Shown here piece after piece: positions 28,033 through 37,687 of a stretch of 64,000 bases of DNA. The position numbers and the translations under genes are program-made. Position 1 is the stretch's first letter. Every line of letters starts with the position of its first letter. A model generated the notes under the pieces. The model ran no database searches. It saw nothing but the letters and a program-made list of their open reading frames with translations, and was not told where the DNA came from. Source of the stretch: Candidatus Latescibacterota bacterium (GTDB lineage: Bacteria; Latescibacterota; 4484-107); NCBI GenBank assembly GCA_043804415.1, contig JAZDJA010000184.1, forward strand, positions 7,630-71,629, read 5' to 3'.

Positions 28033-28115
28033 CGGAAGGTACCTAGCACAAAACCACAAACTGTCCCCTGATATTTCCATACGGGAAGCGATCCGGGGGC
28101 AAGAAGGAGCGATCC

Positions 28116-28982
28116 ATGGCGTTACATAAAGTGGAAGGCATTACAAGCAACCAGGGAGCGGAAAACTGGAAACCGCGCATGAAAGCCGCTTTGGCAGAAA
28201 AACGCGCTCAGTTTGGGTGCGCGGTGAATTTTGGTCATTCGGTTCCGGTGGAGATCGCCGGGTATGCGGGATTTGACTGGGTGTTCATCCATTTTGAGCA
28301 CGGATCGGTATCCGTGCCTCAGGCGGAGACGATGACCTTGGCAGCCCGGCTATCCGGCACGGCGCCCATCTGGCGCCTCAACGCGCTGAACCCGGGGGAG
28401 ATCAAACGCGCGCTGGATCTGGGCGCAGAGGGGATCATCATCCCGCACGTCAAAAGCGCGGAGGATGCCGAAGAGATCGTGAAAGCCGCCTACTATCCGC
28501 CCATGGGGATGCGTGGCCTCGGCAGCAGACGGCCCATTCAGTTTGGCATATTGGATGCCCGGGAGTATTTCAAGGTGGCCAACCAGAGTACGGTGGTCTG
28601 TATGATGATCGAAGACCACGAGGCCATAGAGGACATCGAGCGCATCGTGGAAGTGCCGGGGATTGACGTGTTTAATATCGGCACATGGGATCTGTCCAAG
28701 TCTCTGGGGGTGCCCATCGAAACGAGACATCCGAAGGTACTGGAAGCGATCGATCGCGTATTGGCAGCAGCGCTCCCCAAAGGGATCACCGTGGGCGTCC
28801 CGCCGGAATCCCCGGAAGATGCCGCTTACTGGATGGGCAGAGGCGTGCGCTTTTTCGAGAGCGCCTCTGCAGGGGGACTAATGGTGCAGGCTGCCGTAGA
28901 TCATCTCACGTCCTTCCGGGGTGCGGTTGAGGGAACTTCCGATCAGAACCAGGATGGCAAGAAAAAGGGGATGTGGGGATAG
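28116..28982 (+). CDS. HpcH/HpaI-family 2-keto-3-deoxy sugar acid aldolase
   Basis: 288 aa class II aldolase pattern (…HVKSAEDAEEIV…, …MIEDHEAIEDIERI…); RBS GAAGGAG. Confidence 0.8.
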   Translation: MALHKVEGITSNQGAENWKPRMKAALAEKRAQFGCAVNFGHSVPVEIAGYAGFDWVFIHFEHGSVSVPQAETMTLAARLSGTAPIWRLNALNPGEIKRALDLGAEGIIIPHVKSAEDAEEIVKAAYYPPMGMRGLGSRRPIQFGILDAREYFKVANQSTVVCMMIEDHEAIEDIERIVEVPGIDVFNIGTWDLSKSLGVPIETRHPKVLEAIDRVLAAALPKGITVGVPPESPEDAAYWMGRGVRFFESASAGGLMVQAAVDHLTSFRGAVEGTSDQNQDGKKKGMWG

Positions 28983-29064
28983 GGAACCCAGAGGAAATCA
29001 GAAGGCTGAAGTCGGAAGCCTGAAGCCTGGAGAATTTTCCGTGATCCGTGAGCTTTGGGTTTCC

Positions 29065-29099
29065 CCTGATCCCTGATTCCTGATTCCTGATCCCTGATC
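29065..29099. repeat. five perfect tandem CCTGATY heptamers about 35 bp upstream of gene 29132
   Basis: cctgatc cctgatt cctgatt cctgatc cctgatc; the same heptamer appears at 15010-15035. Confidence 0.8.
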
Positions 29100-29131
29100 G
29101 CTGGCCTGCCTCTCTCAAGAAAGGTGAAACT

Positions 29132-31171
29132 ATGACCACCCATTCCGCATCGAAAATGGCCCCCCGCAAACCGCTCCGCTATCATCTGAGATACCAGCTC
29201 ATCCCTGGGAAGGATCTTGAGCAGAATACCCACGATCTGGTGGATTTCTGCACGGAGCACGGTGTGGAGGAGGTCGTGCTGTTTTTTGCAGCCGAAGAAT
29301 GGAACAACGGGCTGCTGTCCGGCCAGGATGAGGACATCTGGTATGATACCATCCGCACGGCGAAAGAAATTCTGGGGGCATCCGGCGTAGTCGTGAGTCT
29401 GAATCCCTGGATGACTGTGCTGCACGTCGACAGGGGCCGCACGCTCCCCGAGGATCGAAATATGAAACCCATGGTGTCGCCTTTGGGAGAGGTGAGCAAA
29501 GCTTGCGCCTCATTCGCCGATCCGGGATGGCAACGCTATATCTTCGGCCTCTATGGTCGCTTTGCGCAATTGGGTTTTCGGGTAATCTGGGTGGAGGACG
29601 ATTTTCGATATCACAACCACGGACCGTTGACCTGGGGCGGGGGTTTCGAACCCGAGGTGCTGGCGATCTTTTCACAGAAGGTGGGACGATCTGTCCGTCG
29701 GGAAGAGGTGGTAGCCAACATCCTTCGTACCGGCGAACCGCATCCCTGGCGGGAACTGTGGATGGATACCTGGAGAGAGATCCAGCTTGACGTGGCCCGC
29801 GGGATAGCCCACGCGGTGACCGAGCACTCCCCCGGAGAGACCCGGCTTGGACTGATGAGTTCCCTTCCCAGTGTGCATAGCGTGGAGGGACGTCGTTGGA
29901 AAGAGCTCTTTGATGCGTTGACCCTGGACAACCACGTGGTTCATCGGCCCCACTACGCAGGGTACAGCGATTCGGTTGGGAAGCAGGCGACCTATTCCAT
30001 CATGATGCTGGATATCCAGCGGAGTTTGAGGCCCTCCGGCTGCGAGGTAGCCCCGGAGGTGGAGAACTGGCCCTTCACGCACTGGAACAAATCCGACACC
30101 CAGACATGGACTGAAATGGCGCTCGACATGTTCTACGGATCCGACGCACTGCTGCTGGACCTGTTCCCCTTTTCTGGAAATTCTCCGAGCACAGAACCTC
30201 GGATCGGTACGATGCTGGATCGCTCCCGTCCGGCTCTGGAGTGGATATCCGAGCGCTTTCCGAAGACGTTTGAAACGCGCGGCGTGGGTATCCCCTGGAA
30301 GGAAGACGCCCAGGCTCATGTGCGCACGACAGAAGGGAAAGCCATGGGGGAGCTTAACGCGGCCTCCTTCGGACCGGGCACCTTGCTTTTGTCCTATGGA
30401 GCGCCCGTATCTGCAAGCGCCCAGAAAGTGAATGCACTTTTCGGCACCCTCGCCTGGGCCTTTGACGATGGGGAAATCCGCCGAATGCTTTCCGGAGGAC
30501 TGCTGCTTGACGGAGAAAGCGCCGATATCCTCTGTCAGCGAGGTTTCGGGTCGGATATGGGAGTGGACTTTGACGGATGGTTGGGCAGAGAAGGAAGCAC
30601 CTACTCCGTTGAGGAGATCGTGTCTGAGCACGCCGGTGTCCAGAAGGGGCTTTACTTCAGCGCAAACTCACCTTCCAGAATGGGCCTATTGAACCCGATC
30701 CATGGCGCAGAAGCGTGGACGTCCATCCTGACTCCAGAGGGGGCGCGCGTGGGCGCAGGGATCGTGGCCCATGAGAATCGGATGGGGGGACGGGTGGTAA
30801 CGTATGCCATGCCCACTCCCGCTGAATTGCCCCCGAGCACGCTGAGGCAAAAGGTCGTCCATTCCGTCGTCGCTTTTCTATCCAGGGAAGAATTCGACTC
30901 TCCTATGATCAGCGGCGGGGCTCACCTTATGCCTATGCACTTTCAGGGAGATGGGAAGAATTTTGTTGTGGTCCTCAACGGATCGCCGGACGCCGCCTTC
31001 CCGGTCGCTCGGATCCCCTGCGTCGAGGTGAGTCTTCGGTCGGCCACCTTGCTGGCCCCGCTGCAAGAGCCCGCGGAGATCGCCGTGGACGTTCAGCAGG
31101 AGAAGGGGCAGCTGATCGTGACCTGCGAGAATCCGGTTCCCTACATGGGATTTCTTGTGCTGGAATGGTAG
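29132..31171 (+). CDS. large hypothetical protein, possibly glycoside-hydrolase-like TIM-barrel
   Basis: 679-aa ORF with coding-like composition; no family confidently recognised. Confidence 0.45.
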   Translation: MTTHSASKMAPRKPLRYHLRYQLIPGKDLEQNTHDLVDFCTEHGVEEVVLFFAAEEWNNGLLSGQDEDIWYDTIRTAKEILGASGVVVSLNPWMTVLHVDRGRTLPEDRNMKPMVSPLGEVSKACASFADPGWQRYIFGLYGRFAQLGFRVIWVEDDFRYHNHGPLTWGGGFEPEVLAIFSQKVGRSVRREEVVANILRTGEPHPWRELWMDTWREIQLDVARGIAHAVTEHSPGETRLGLMSSLPSVHSVEGRRWKELFDALTLDNHVVHRPHYAGYSDSVGKQATYSIMMLDIQRSLRPSGCEVAPEVENWPFTHWNKSDTQTWTEMALDMFYGSDALLLDLFPFSGNSPSTEPRIGTMLDRSRPALEWISERFPKTFETRGVGIPWKEDAQAHVRTTEGKAMGELNAASFGPGTLLLSYGAPVSASAQKVNALFGTLAWAFDDGEIRRMLSGGLLLDGESADILCQRGFGSDMGVDFDGWLGREGSTYSVEEIVSEHAGVQKGLYFSANSPSRMGLLNPIHGAEAWTSILTPEGARVGAGIVAHENRMGGRVVTYAMPTPAELPPSTLRQKVVHSVVAFLSREEFDSPMISGGAHLMPMHFQGDGKNFVVVLNGSPDAAFPVARIPCVEVSLRSATLLAPLQEPAEIAVDVQQEKGQLIVTCENPVPYMGFLVLEW

Positions 31172-31204
31172 AACGGTGTTGTCGAACTTCGGGCCTGCGG
31201 CGGC

Positions 31205-31915
31205 ATAGCCATTGTACGCCAGAAGTGCATTTTCTCGTTCCCACGCAGGCGTGTGGGAACTTCGGCATGTCGCTCCGCGTCTGTTAAGGAGTCCGATGCC
31301 AGGAAGCCACTACAGAATCTGTGAGCATTACCTGCTCCATTTCTGACGCACACAATCGTCAACAACCTGTCCTGTGTCGCAAGCCCACTCCTCGCCCAGA
31401 TCATGCTCGATCTATGGCGGCTATTGCATGAATCCCAGTGTTTGGCAATCAATGCCTACGTAATCACGAGAGATCATCTGCACATGAGGGTCTCATTGAA
31501 ACACTCAGATTTTCTCGTTCCCACGCTCTGCGTGGGAAAGTCGGCATGACGCTCCGCGTCTCTAAGGAGTCAAAGGACCAAGAAGCCACTTCAACATCTA
31601 TGTGGAGACAAACGCTCGGCATCTCCTCCGGCCATTGACGCTCCACATGCTGCAACACAAGAAGGAAAGGGCCCATAGGTTCTGGCAAGAGGGGGTCACA
31701 CACAGTTGATTCGGACCGAAGATGGGATGCGCCAGAAAGTAGCGTATATCCACAACACCCCTGCAGGAAGGGGCTACATGGATGATCCGACGCTTGGGCG
31801 GCATTCGAGTGCGAAGGACCATGTGGGCCAATCTGGTTCATTGGAGGCGACTTCCGCCTGGTGACGCAGAGCGTCGGGGCGGTGCGTTCCCACGCAGGAG
31901 CGTGGGAACGAGATG
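31205..31915 (+). mobile_element. degenerate REP-associated tyrosine transposase (RAYT / IS200-like TnpA_REP) remnant flanked by REP-like hairpins
   Basis: HUH motif ...NAYVITRDHLHMRV... at about 31450-31500; RFWQEG at about 31689-31706; frameshift; Y-motif VAYIHNTPAGRGYMDDP at about 31735-31790; palindromes GTTCCCACGC-N3-4-GCGTGGGAAC at 31237-31260, 31516-31537 (inside the gene) and 31886-31909 (inverted); about 150 bp internal duplication (31211-31365 vs 31498-31660). Confidence 0.6.
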
Positions 31916-31951
31916 ATTTGTATGGTTCTTCTTAGGAGGAGGTCATAACTT

Positions 31952-32752
31952 ATGAACCCCGCCCAGAAGTGCTCCGTAATCATCGCGATCACGAATAACA
32001 GGAAGGATCTCCAGATCGCCCGGGAGGAGCACTGGTATCGCATTCCCGTCAAGAGTGCACCCAAACGTCTGAAAGAGGCGACCTATCTGGCGTTCTATCA
32101 GACAAAGGAGTTCGGCGAGGACAAATGGGCGGTGCGCTATTACGCGGAAATTCGGAGCAAGCGTATTCTCCGGCGCATCGAGCTATTCCCCGACGAACCC
32201 TATCACCCCAGAGCCAATGAGGAATACTACAAAATAGAACTCGGCGACCTCCAGACGCGCGGCGAACCTATCCTCAGCCGAAAAGGGCGGCGCATCGCCT
32301 TCATCTCCACGACTTGGGAGAAGTTTCAGCGGGCCGGAGAGATCAACGATCTGTTCGACGAGAGTCCCTTGGAGGATGAGATGTGGGCGGCTTTCAAGCA
32401 GGACAAAATCGAGACGGAGCGGCAATATTATGTTCTAATAGCGGATGTAAACTACTACCTGGACTTTGCTGTCTTCTGTCAGAAAGGCCGCATTGACGTG
32501 GAATGCAACGGAGATACGTGGCACAGCGCGAAGGAACAAATCCCAAGAGATAACGCCAGGGATAACTCCCTGACCAGCGGAGGATGGGCTGTCCTGCGTT
32601 TTTCGACACCGGCGATTCGTGAGGACATGCTGGATTGCCTGAGCAAGGTAAAGCATACGATCAACAAGTTGGGCGGATTGGCCACGGCGGATGGGGAGAC
32701 CCTACATTTCACGGACGATGAATCCCAGTTGGATCTATTTGAGGAAAGATAA
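31952..32752 (+). CDS. hypothetical protein with a C-terminal DUF559 (Vsr-like, PD-(D/E)xK-type) endonuclease domain and an uncharacterised ~150-aa N-terminal domain
   Basis: RBS TAGGAGGAGG; C-terminal ...YYLDFAVFCQKGRIDVECNGDTWHS...GWAVLRF... matches the DUF559 pattern. Confidence 0.65.
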   Translation: MNPAQKCSVIIAITNNRKDLQIAREEHWYRIPVKSAPKRLKEATYLAFYQTKEFGEDKWAVRYYAEIRSKRILRRIELFPDEPYHPRANEEYYKIELGDLQTRGEPILSRKGRRIAFISTTWEKFQRAGEINDLFDESPLEDEMWAAFKQDKIETERQYYVLIADVNYYLDFAVFCQKGRIDVECNGDTWHSAKEQIPRDNARDNSLTSGGWAVLRFSTPAIREDMLDCLSKVKHTINKLGGLATADGETLHFTDDESQLDLFEER

Positions 32753-33015
32753 CCCTTCCCTCTCACCTCAGAGATCGCAGAGTACGCGGAACATGGGACA
32801 GAGGGCTCCTTGCGTCAAGTTTCACGTCTAGTGTTTGCACAGTTACGAGAACGAATGTCAAATGTCGGACAAACGATTCGATCTTCTCCTGCACAGCGTG
32901 GCTGGTACCGGCGCGGCCATGCACAGGAATTCATCTCTTTCCCGACGATTTGGCCGGGAAAGAGATGGACGCGACGGGAAATCGGACAGTCCAAAATAGA
33001 ATCATGAGAATTGCC

Positions 33016-34056
33016 ATGGAATTATCGGACTACGAATATACGCTCCCAAAGGAACTAATCGCGCAGCATCCTGTGTCGGAGCGGGACTGTTCCCGATTGT
33101 TGGTGCTCAATCGAACATCTGGAGAGATTGCCCATCGCCATTTTGGAGATCTGATCTCCTATCTGAACAAGGGGGACGCCCTGGTCGTCAATGAGACCAA
33201 GGTGTTTCCCGCGCGCCTGCTGGGGGAGAAAGAGGGGACCGGAGCGCAGGTCGAGGTTTTTCTGCTGCGGAAACAGGAGGAGCACACCTGGGAGACGCTG
33301 GTGCGCCCCGGACGGCGGATTCCCGTGGGCACCTGCCTGTCCTTTGGAAACGGGCGACTGCGTTGCCAGGTAATCGCCTGCACCCCCGACGGTGGGCGCG
33401 TCGTTCGCTTTGAGGAGACGGCGGAGCCGTTTGAGGAGGCACTGGAGCAAATCGGCAAGATGCCCCTTCCCCCCTATATCCATCGGGACGCGGAATCCTC
33501 GGACCTGAAACGCTACCAGACGGTCTATGCGAAGGAAGTCGGGGCTGTGGCTGCTCCTACTGCCGGACTGCATTTTACGCAGGAGCTTTTGGACCGGATA
33601 CGGGAAAAGGGCGTCTCCGTGGTCCCCATCGTGCTGCACGTGGGGATCGGAACGTTTCGGCCCGTCAGTGCCCCGGATCCGAGAGATCACCCCATGGAGG
33701 CCGAATACTACCAAGTAAGCGAAGCCGCAGCCGAGTGTATCGGTCGGACAAAGGCAACCGGTGGGCGCATTGTGGCGGTCGGGACCACGGTGGTTCGAAC
33801 GCTGGAGACGGTGGCCACGGAGGATGGAAAGGTGCCATCAGGGGCCGGTTGGACCCAGAAGTTCCTCTACCCGCCCTACACCTTCCGTCTCGTGGATGCG
33901 CTGGTGACCAATTTTCATCTTCCGAAATCCACGCTGTTGATGCTGGTCTCCGCCTTTGCCGGACGCGAGTCCGTGCTGAGGGCTTACGAAGATGCGATCG
34001 CGCATCACTATCGCTTTTACAGCTACGGCGACGCCATGCTGATCTGCGATTGGTGA
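33016..34056 (+). CDS. queA: S-adenosylmethionine:tRNA ribosyltransferase-isomerase
   Basis: MELSDYEYTLPKELIAQHP... and ...TNFHLPKSTLLMLVSAFAG... align along the full length with QueA. Confidence 0.9.
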   Translation: MELSDYEYTLPKELIAQHPVSERDCSRLLVLNRTSGEIAHRHFGDLISYLNKGDALVVNETKVFPARLLGEKEGTGAQVEVFLLRKQEEHTWETLVRPGRRIPVGTCLSFGNGRLRCQVIACTPDGGRVVRFEETAEPFEEALEQIGKMPLPPYIHRDAESSDLKRYQTVYAKEVGAVAAPTAGLHFTQELLDRIREKGVSVVPIVLHVGIGTFRPVSAPDPRDHPMEAEYYQVSEAAAECIGRTKATGGRIVAVGTTVVRTLETVATEDGKVPSGAGWTQKFLYPPYTFRLVDALVTNFHLPKSTLLMLVSAFAGRESVLRAYEDAIAHHYRFYSYGDAMLICDW

Positions 34057-34070
34057 TTTTTCCCCATGTT

Positions 34071-34173
34071 GGGGCGACCCTTTTGGGGCGACCCTTGTGG
34101 TCGCCCATTTTCCAGGATTCCGTGCCGTAGGGGCAACCCTTGTGGTCGCCCGATGTACCCACGTGGTCGCCCC
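34071..34173. repeat. cluster of GGGGCGACCC / GTGGTCGCCC inverted-repeat units: two 22-bp hairpins (GGGGCrACCCttGTGGTCGCCC) plus extra half-sites
   Basis: units at 34071-34080, 34085-34106, 34131-34152 and 34164-34173 between queA and ispD. Confidence 0.65.
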
Positions 34174-34193
34174 TCATCACCAAGGATGCAACC

Positions 34194-34898
34194 ATGACCG
34201 TCACAGCCATCATACCCGCTGCAGGAATGGGAAGAAGAATGGGCGGCGCAATCCCAAAACCGTTTCTTATGCTCGGAGGACGACCCGTCCTGGCGCATAC
34301 GCTGGCGCAATTTGAGCGGTGCGACGCCATTGATGACGTGATTCTGGTCATCGGGACCGGTGACCTGCACGCGGGTGCGTCCGAAGTGGTGGACTACTAT
34401 GGACTTACCAAAGTGCGCAAGATCATCTCAGGCGGAAAAGAGCGGCAGGATTCGGTATGGGAGGGGCTCAAGGCCGTCGAAGCGGGCACGGAGATCGTGG
34501 TCATCCACGATGGGGTGCGACCCTTTGTTTCCACGCAATGCCTCCTGGCATCCATCGAAGCGTGCCACGCACACAGCGCAGTGATCACAGCCGTGCCGGT
34601 CAAGGACACGATCAAGGAAGCGGAGGAGGGATCGGTCACCCGCACGTTGGATCGCGAAAAACTGTGGGCCATCCAGACCCCCCAGACCTTTACGCGCGAT
34701 CTGATCACAAAGGCGTATGGGCAGGCGTTTGCAGCCGGCATCACCGCCACCGACGATGCGGCCCTGGTGGAGCGACTGGGCCATGCCGTGCACCTGCTCC
34801 GAGGCTCCTACGATAACATCAAGATCACCACGCAGGAGGATCTGGCCTTGGGAGAGATAATTCTCAAAAATCTGCGCCGCAGAAGCACAGAGGATTGA
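34194..34898 (+). CDS. ispD: 2-C-methyl-D-erythritol 4-phosphate cytidylyltransferase
   Basis: MTVTAIIPAAGMGRRMGGAIPKPF... N-terminal signature and length (234 aa). Confidence 0.9.
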   Translation: MTVTAIIPAAGMGRRMGGAIPKPFLMLGGRPVLAHTLAQFERCDAIDDVILVIGTGDLHAGASEVVDYYGLTKVRKIISGGKERQDSVWEGLKAVEAGTEIVVIHDGVRPFVSTQCLLASIEACHAHSAVITAVPVKDTIKEAEEGSVTRTLDREKLWAIQTPQTFTRDLITKAYGQAFAAGITATDDAALVERLGHAVHLLRGSYDNIKITTQEDLALGEIILKNLRRRSTED

Positions 34899-35158
34899 TG
34901 CCTTGAGCAGGAATGGGCATGCTCGGTCTTTGCTCTGTGCGGCTTTTTCCTCTGATTTTGCGCGATGCGCAGACCGTCCCAAAACCCCTTTTTTCTGTTG
35001 TGCCACAAGATGCTTTGAGGTTTTGCTTCCAGGACCATTCCCGCTGAGAACGCCCCAAACACACGTTTCATGATCCTGGAATGGTGAAGCATGCAGGTGA
35101 TTTCTGTCTGCGGACAACCGGCCCCATCCATTGACCAGCAAGAACCGACGGAGGAAAC

Positions 35159-36508
35159 ATGGGCAAATCCAAGACCCCGGACCTGATGGAGAAAATCGTC
35201 TCCCTGTGCAAGCGGAGAGGCTTCCTCTTTCAATCCAGCGAAATCTACGGAGGACTCAACAGCTGCTGGGATTACGGTCCCCTCGGCGTGGAACTGAAGC
35301 GCAACGTGAAGGCGGCGTGGTGGAACGAGGTGGTGCATAACCGGGAGGACATCGTGGGCCTGGACGCCAGCATTCTCATGCACCCGGACGTGTGGAAGGC
35401 ATCGGGGCACGTAGACAGTTTTTCCGATCCCATGGTGGACTGCAAATCGTGCAAGATGCGTTTCCGCTCGGATGATCTGGAGGAGACGGTCTGTCCAAAC
35501 TGCGGTGGCGAGCTGACCGAGCCCAGGCAGTTTAACATGATGTTCAAAACCTTCATGGGGCCGATGGAGGACAGCTCCTCCGTGGTGTATATGCGCCCGG
35601 AGACGGCTCAGGGCATCTTCGTGAATTTCCTGAACGTCCAGGCCTCCATGCGCATGAAGCTGCCATTTGGCATCGCCCAGATCGGGAAGTCCTTTCGCAA
35701 CGAGATCACGCCCGGGAACTTCATCTTTCGCACCCGGGAATTCGAACAGATGGAGATCGAGTATTTCGTGGAACCCGACACGGACGAACAGTGGTACGAA
35801 TCGTGGATCCAGGAGCGGCTGGATTGGTATCTCCGCTATGGCATCCGTCCGGAGAAACTTCGGCTCGAAGCGCACCCTGCCGAGAAACTGGCGCACTATG
35901 CCAAAGCCTGTACAGACATCGAATATGAGTTTCCCTTCGGATGGAAGGAGTTGGAGGGGATAGCGAATCGCACGGACTACGATTTGAGGCAGCACGCCGA
36001 GCACAGCGGGAAACGACTGGAGTATTTTGACGACCAAACCCAGGAAAAAGTCGTGCCTTTTGTGATCGAACCCTCCGGCGGCGTGGATCGCGCAGTGCTG
36101 GTCTTCCTGGCGGATGCGTTTGACGAGGAGACGGTGCGCGGCGAGACACGCGTGGTGCTGCGTCTCCACCCCAAATTAGCTCCGATCAAGGCCGCGATCT
36201 TTCCCCTGGTCAAGCGCGACGGTATGCCGGAGAAAGCCCGCCAAATCGTGAAGATGTTGCAGCCGCACTTCACGGTGTTCTACGACGAGGGCGGCTCGGT
36301 GGGACGACGATACCGCAGGATGGACGAGGCCGGTACGCCCTTCGGCATCACTGTGGATTCCGAGACGTTGGAGAACGACACCGTCACCGTGCGGGATCGG
36401 GACACCATGGAGCAGGTCCGGGTACAGATCGCCGCTTTGCGGGATCACCTGGCCGAGCAGACGGAGCACTGGGCCCGGCAGGAAGCGCAGGAAGTGAAAG
36501 CTGGCTGA
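35159..36508 (+). CDS. glyQS: glycine--tRNA ligase (alpha2 dimeric type)
   Basis: 449 aa; ...[20 protein letters not shown]... and class II motifs; RBS GGAGG. Confidence 0.9.
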   Translation: MGKSKTPDLMEKIVSLCKRRGFLFQSSEIYGGLNSCWDYGPLGVELKRNVKAAWWNEVVHNREDIVGLDASILMHPDVWKASGHVDSFSDPMVDCKSCKMRFRSDDLEETVCPNCGGELTEPRQFNMMFKTFMGPMEDSSSVVYMRPETAQGIFVNFLNVQASMRMKLPFGIAQIGKSFRNEITPGNFIFRTREFEQMEIEYFVEPDTDEQWYESWIQERLDWYLRYGIRPEKLRLEAHPAEKLAHYAKACTDIEYEFPFGWKELEGIANRTDYDLRQHAEHSGKRLEYFDDQTQEKVVPFVIEPSGGVDRAVLVFLADAFDEETVRGETRVVLRLHPKLAPIKAAIFPLVKRDGMPEKARQIVKMLQPHFTVFYDEGGSVGRRYRRMDEAGTPFGITVDSETLENDTVTVRDRDTMEQVRVQIAALRDHLAEQTEHWARQEAQEVKAG

Positions 36509-36562
36509 CGGGAGATGCTCGTTTCCTTCTTTCCGATGCTATCGTTTCGATTGGAGAAACCC

Positions 36563-37651
36563 ATGACTGGTTTGGAAAGGGTATTGACCGCGCTTGGGCG
36601 GGGCGAGCCCGACCGGGTTCCGGTGTGGGAGTTGATCGTAAATGAACCGGTGATCCACGAGCTCTATGGGGATGTTTCCTATTGGGACTTTGTGGAGCGG
36701 CTGGACCTGGATGGGCTTACGATCTTCGAGGATCAACGGGTCGTCGCGTGGATCAACCAGGACACCTACCGGGACGAGTGGGGCATCGTCTGGAAGATAG
36801 CGCCCAACGGGATCGCGTATCCGTCCGGGGGACCGATCCGGGAGGAGCGGGATCTGGACCGGTATGCGCCGCCGGATCCCGATGCGGATCACCGGCTCCG
36901 ATCCCTGGAAGCCGCCGCAAAGCGGTTCAAGGGAGAGAAAGCCCTGGTGTTTCTCGGTCACGAGACCTTTGAGTTTTGCCATTATCTGCTGGGCGGAATG
37001 GATAAGCTCTTCCTGAACTACGTGCTCAATCCCGCGTTTGTGGATCGGCTCTCGGAGATGATCTGGACCTATAAGAGCCGGGTGCTGGCCCGCGCGGCCG
37101 AGGTCGGAGCGGACATCCTCCTGACCGGGGATGATTACGCTTCCAGAAATGGCACCTTGATGTCACCCACGCACTTCGAGCGTTTTGTGCTGCCCTATCT
37201 GACCCGCGCGGTGGCGGTGGCTCACGCCCACAAACGTCCCTTCATCAAACACACGGACGGCAATTTGTGGAAAGTGATGGACATGCTGGTGGGCACGGGC
37301 CTGAATGGACTCGATCCCATCGAGCCGATGGCGGGGATGGACATCGGAGCGGTCAAGGCCCAATATGGAGATCGCATCGCAGTGATCGGAAATGTGGACT
37401 GCACGGAGATTCTGCCTCACGGTTCCAGGCAGGACGTGGTCGATGCGGTGAAAGAGACCCTCGCCAAGGCCTCGGTCGGAGGCGGACACATCCTGGCATC
37501 GAGCAACAGCATCCATCCCGGCGTCAATCCGGAGAACTACCGGACGATGGTGCAAGCAGCGCGAGAGTTTGGCGTCTATCCTTTGGATCCGAAGATGGTG
37601 GAGACGTATCGCACACAGGATTATATGGCAAAATGGGTGCATGAAACGTGA
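36563..37651 (+). CDS. URO-D-superfamily protein (third copy in the window)
   Basis: MTGLERVLTALGRGEPDRVPVWEL... start typical of the family; ...DGNLWKVMD... core. Confidence 0.7.
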   Translation: MTGLERVLTALGRGEPDRVPVWELIVNEPVIHELYGDVSYWDFVERLDLDGLTIFEDQRVVAWINQDTYRDEWGIVWKIAPNGIAYPSGGPIREERDLDRYAPPDPDADHRLRSLEAAAKRFKGEKALVFLGHETFEFCHYLLGGMDKLFLNYVLNPAFVDRLSEMIWTYKSRVLARAAEVGADILLTGDDYASRNGTLMSPTHFERFVLPYLTRAVAVAHAHKRPFIKHTDGNLWKVMDMLVGTGLNGLDPIEPMAGMDIGAVKAQYGDRIAVIGNVDCTEILPHGSRQDVVDAVKETLAKASVGGGHILASSNSIHPGVNPENYRTMVQAAREFGVYPLDPKMVETYRTQDYMAKWVHET

Positions 37652-37687
37652 AGCTTAAGGCGGAGGGCGTAAGGAGGTGAGCACATC

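Noticed and set aside
31237-31909. Three copies of the palindrome GTTCCCACGC..GCGTGGGAAC, which looked superficially CRISPR-like
   Set aside because: Spacings (about 280 and about 370 bp) are far too large and irregular. One copy is inverted. The copies sit within or beside a RAYT-like transposase remnant. Interpreted as REP-like hairpins, not a CRISPR array
34899-35158. Possible T-box or other riboswitch leader upstream of glyQS
   Set aside because: No T-box consensus (AATTAGGGTGGNACCGCG) or specifier/antiterminator arrangement visible. Only a generic GC-rich leader
34808-36169. Long antisense ORFs overlapping real genes (for example 34808..36169-, 2005..3081-, 8400..9251-, 9282..10646-, 16445..17758-, 51557..52747+, 59989..62637-)
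   Set aside because: Typical high-GC shadow ORFs. Arg/Pro/Gly-rich low-complexity translations. The opposite strand carries well-supported homologous genes with RBSs
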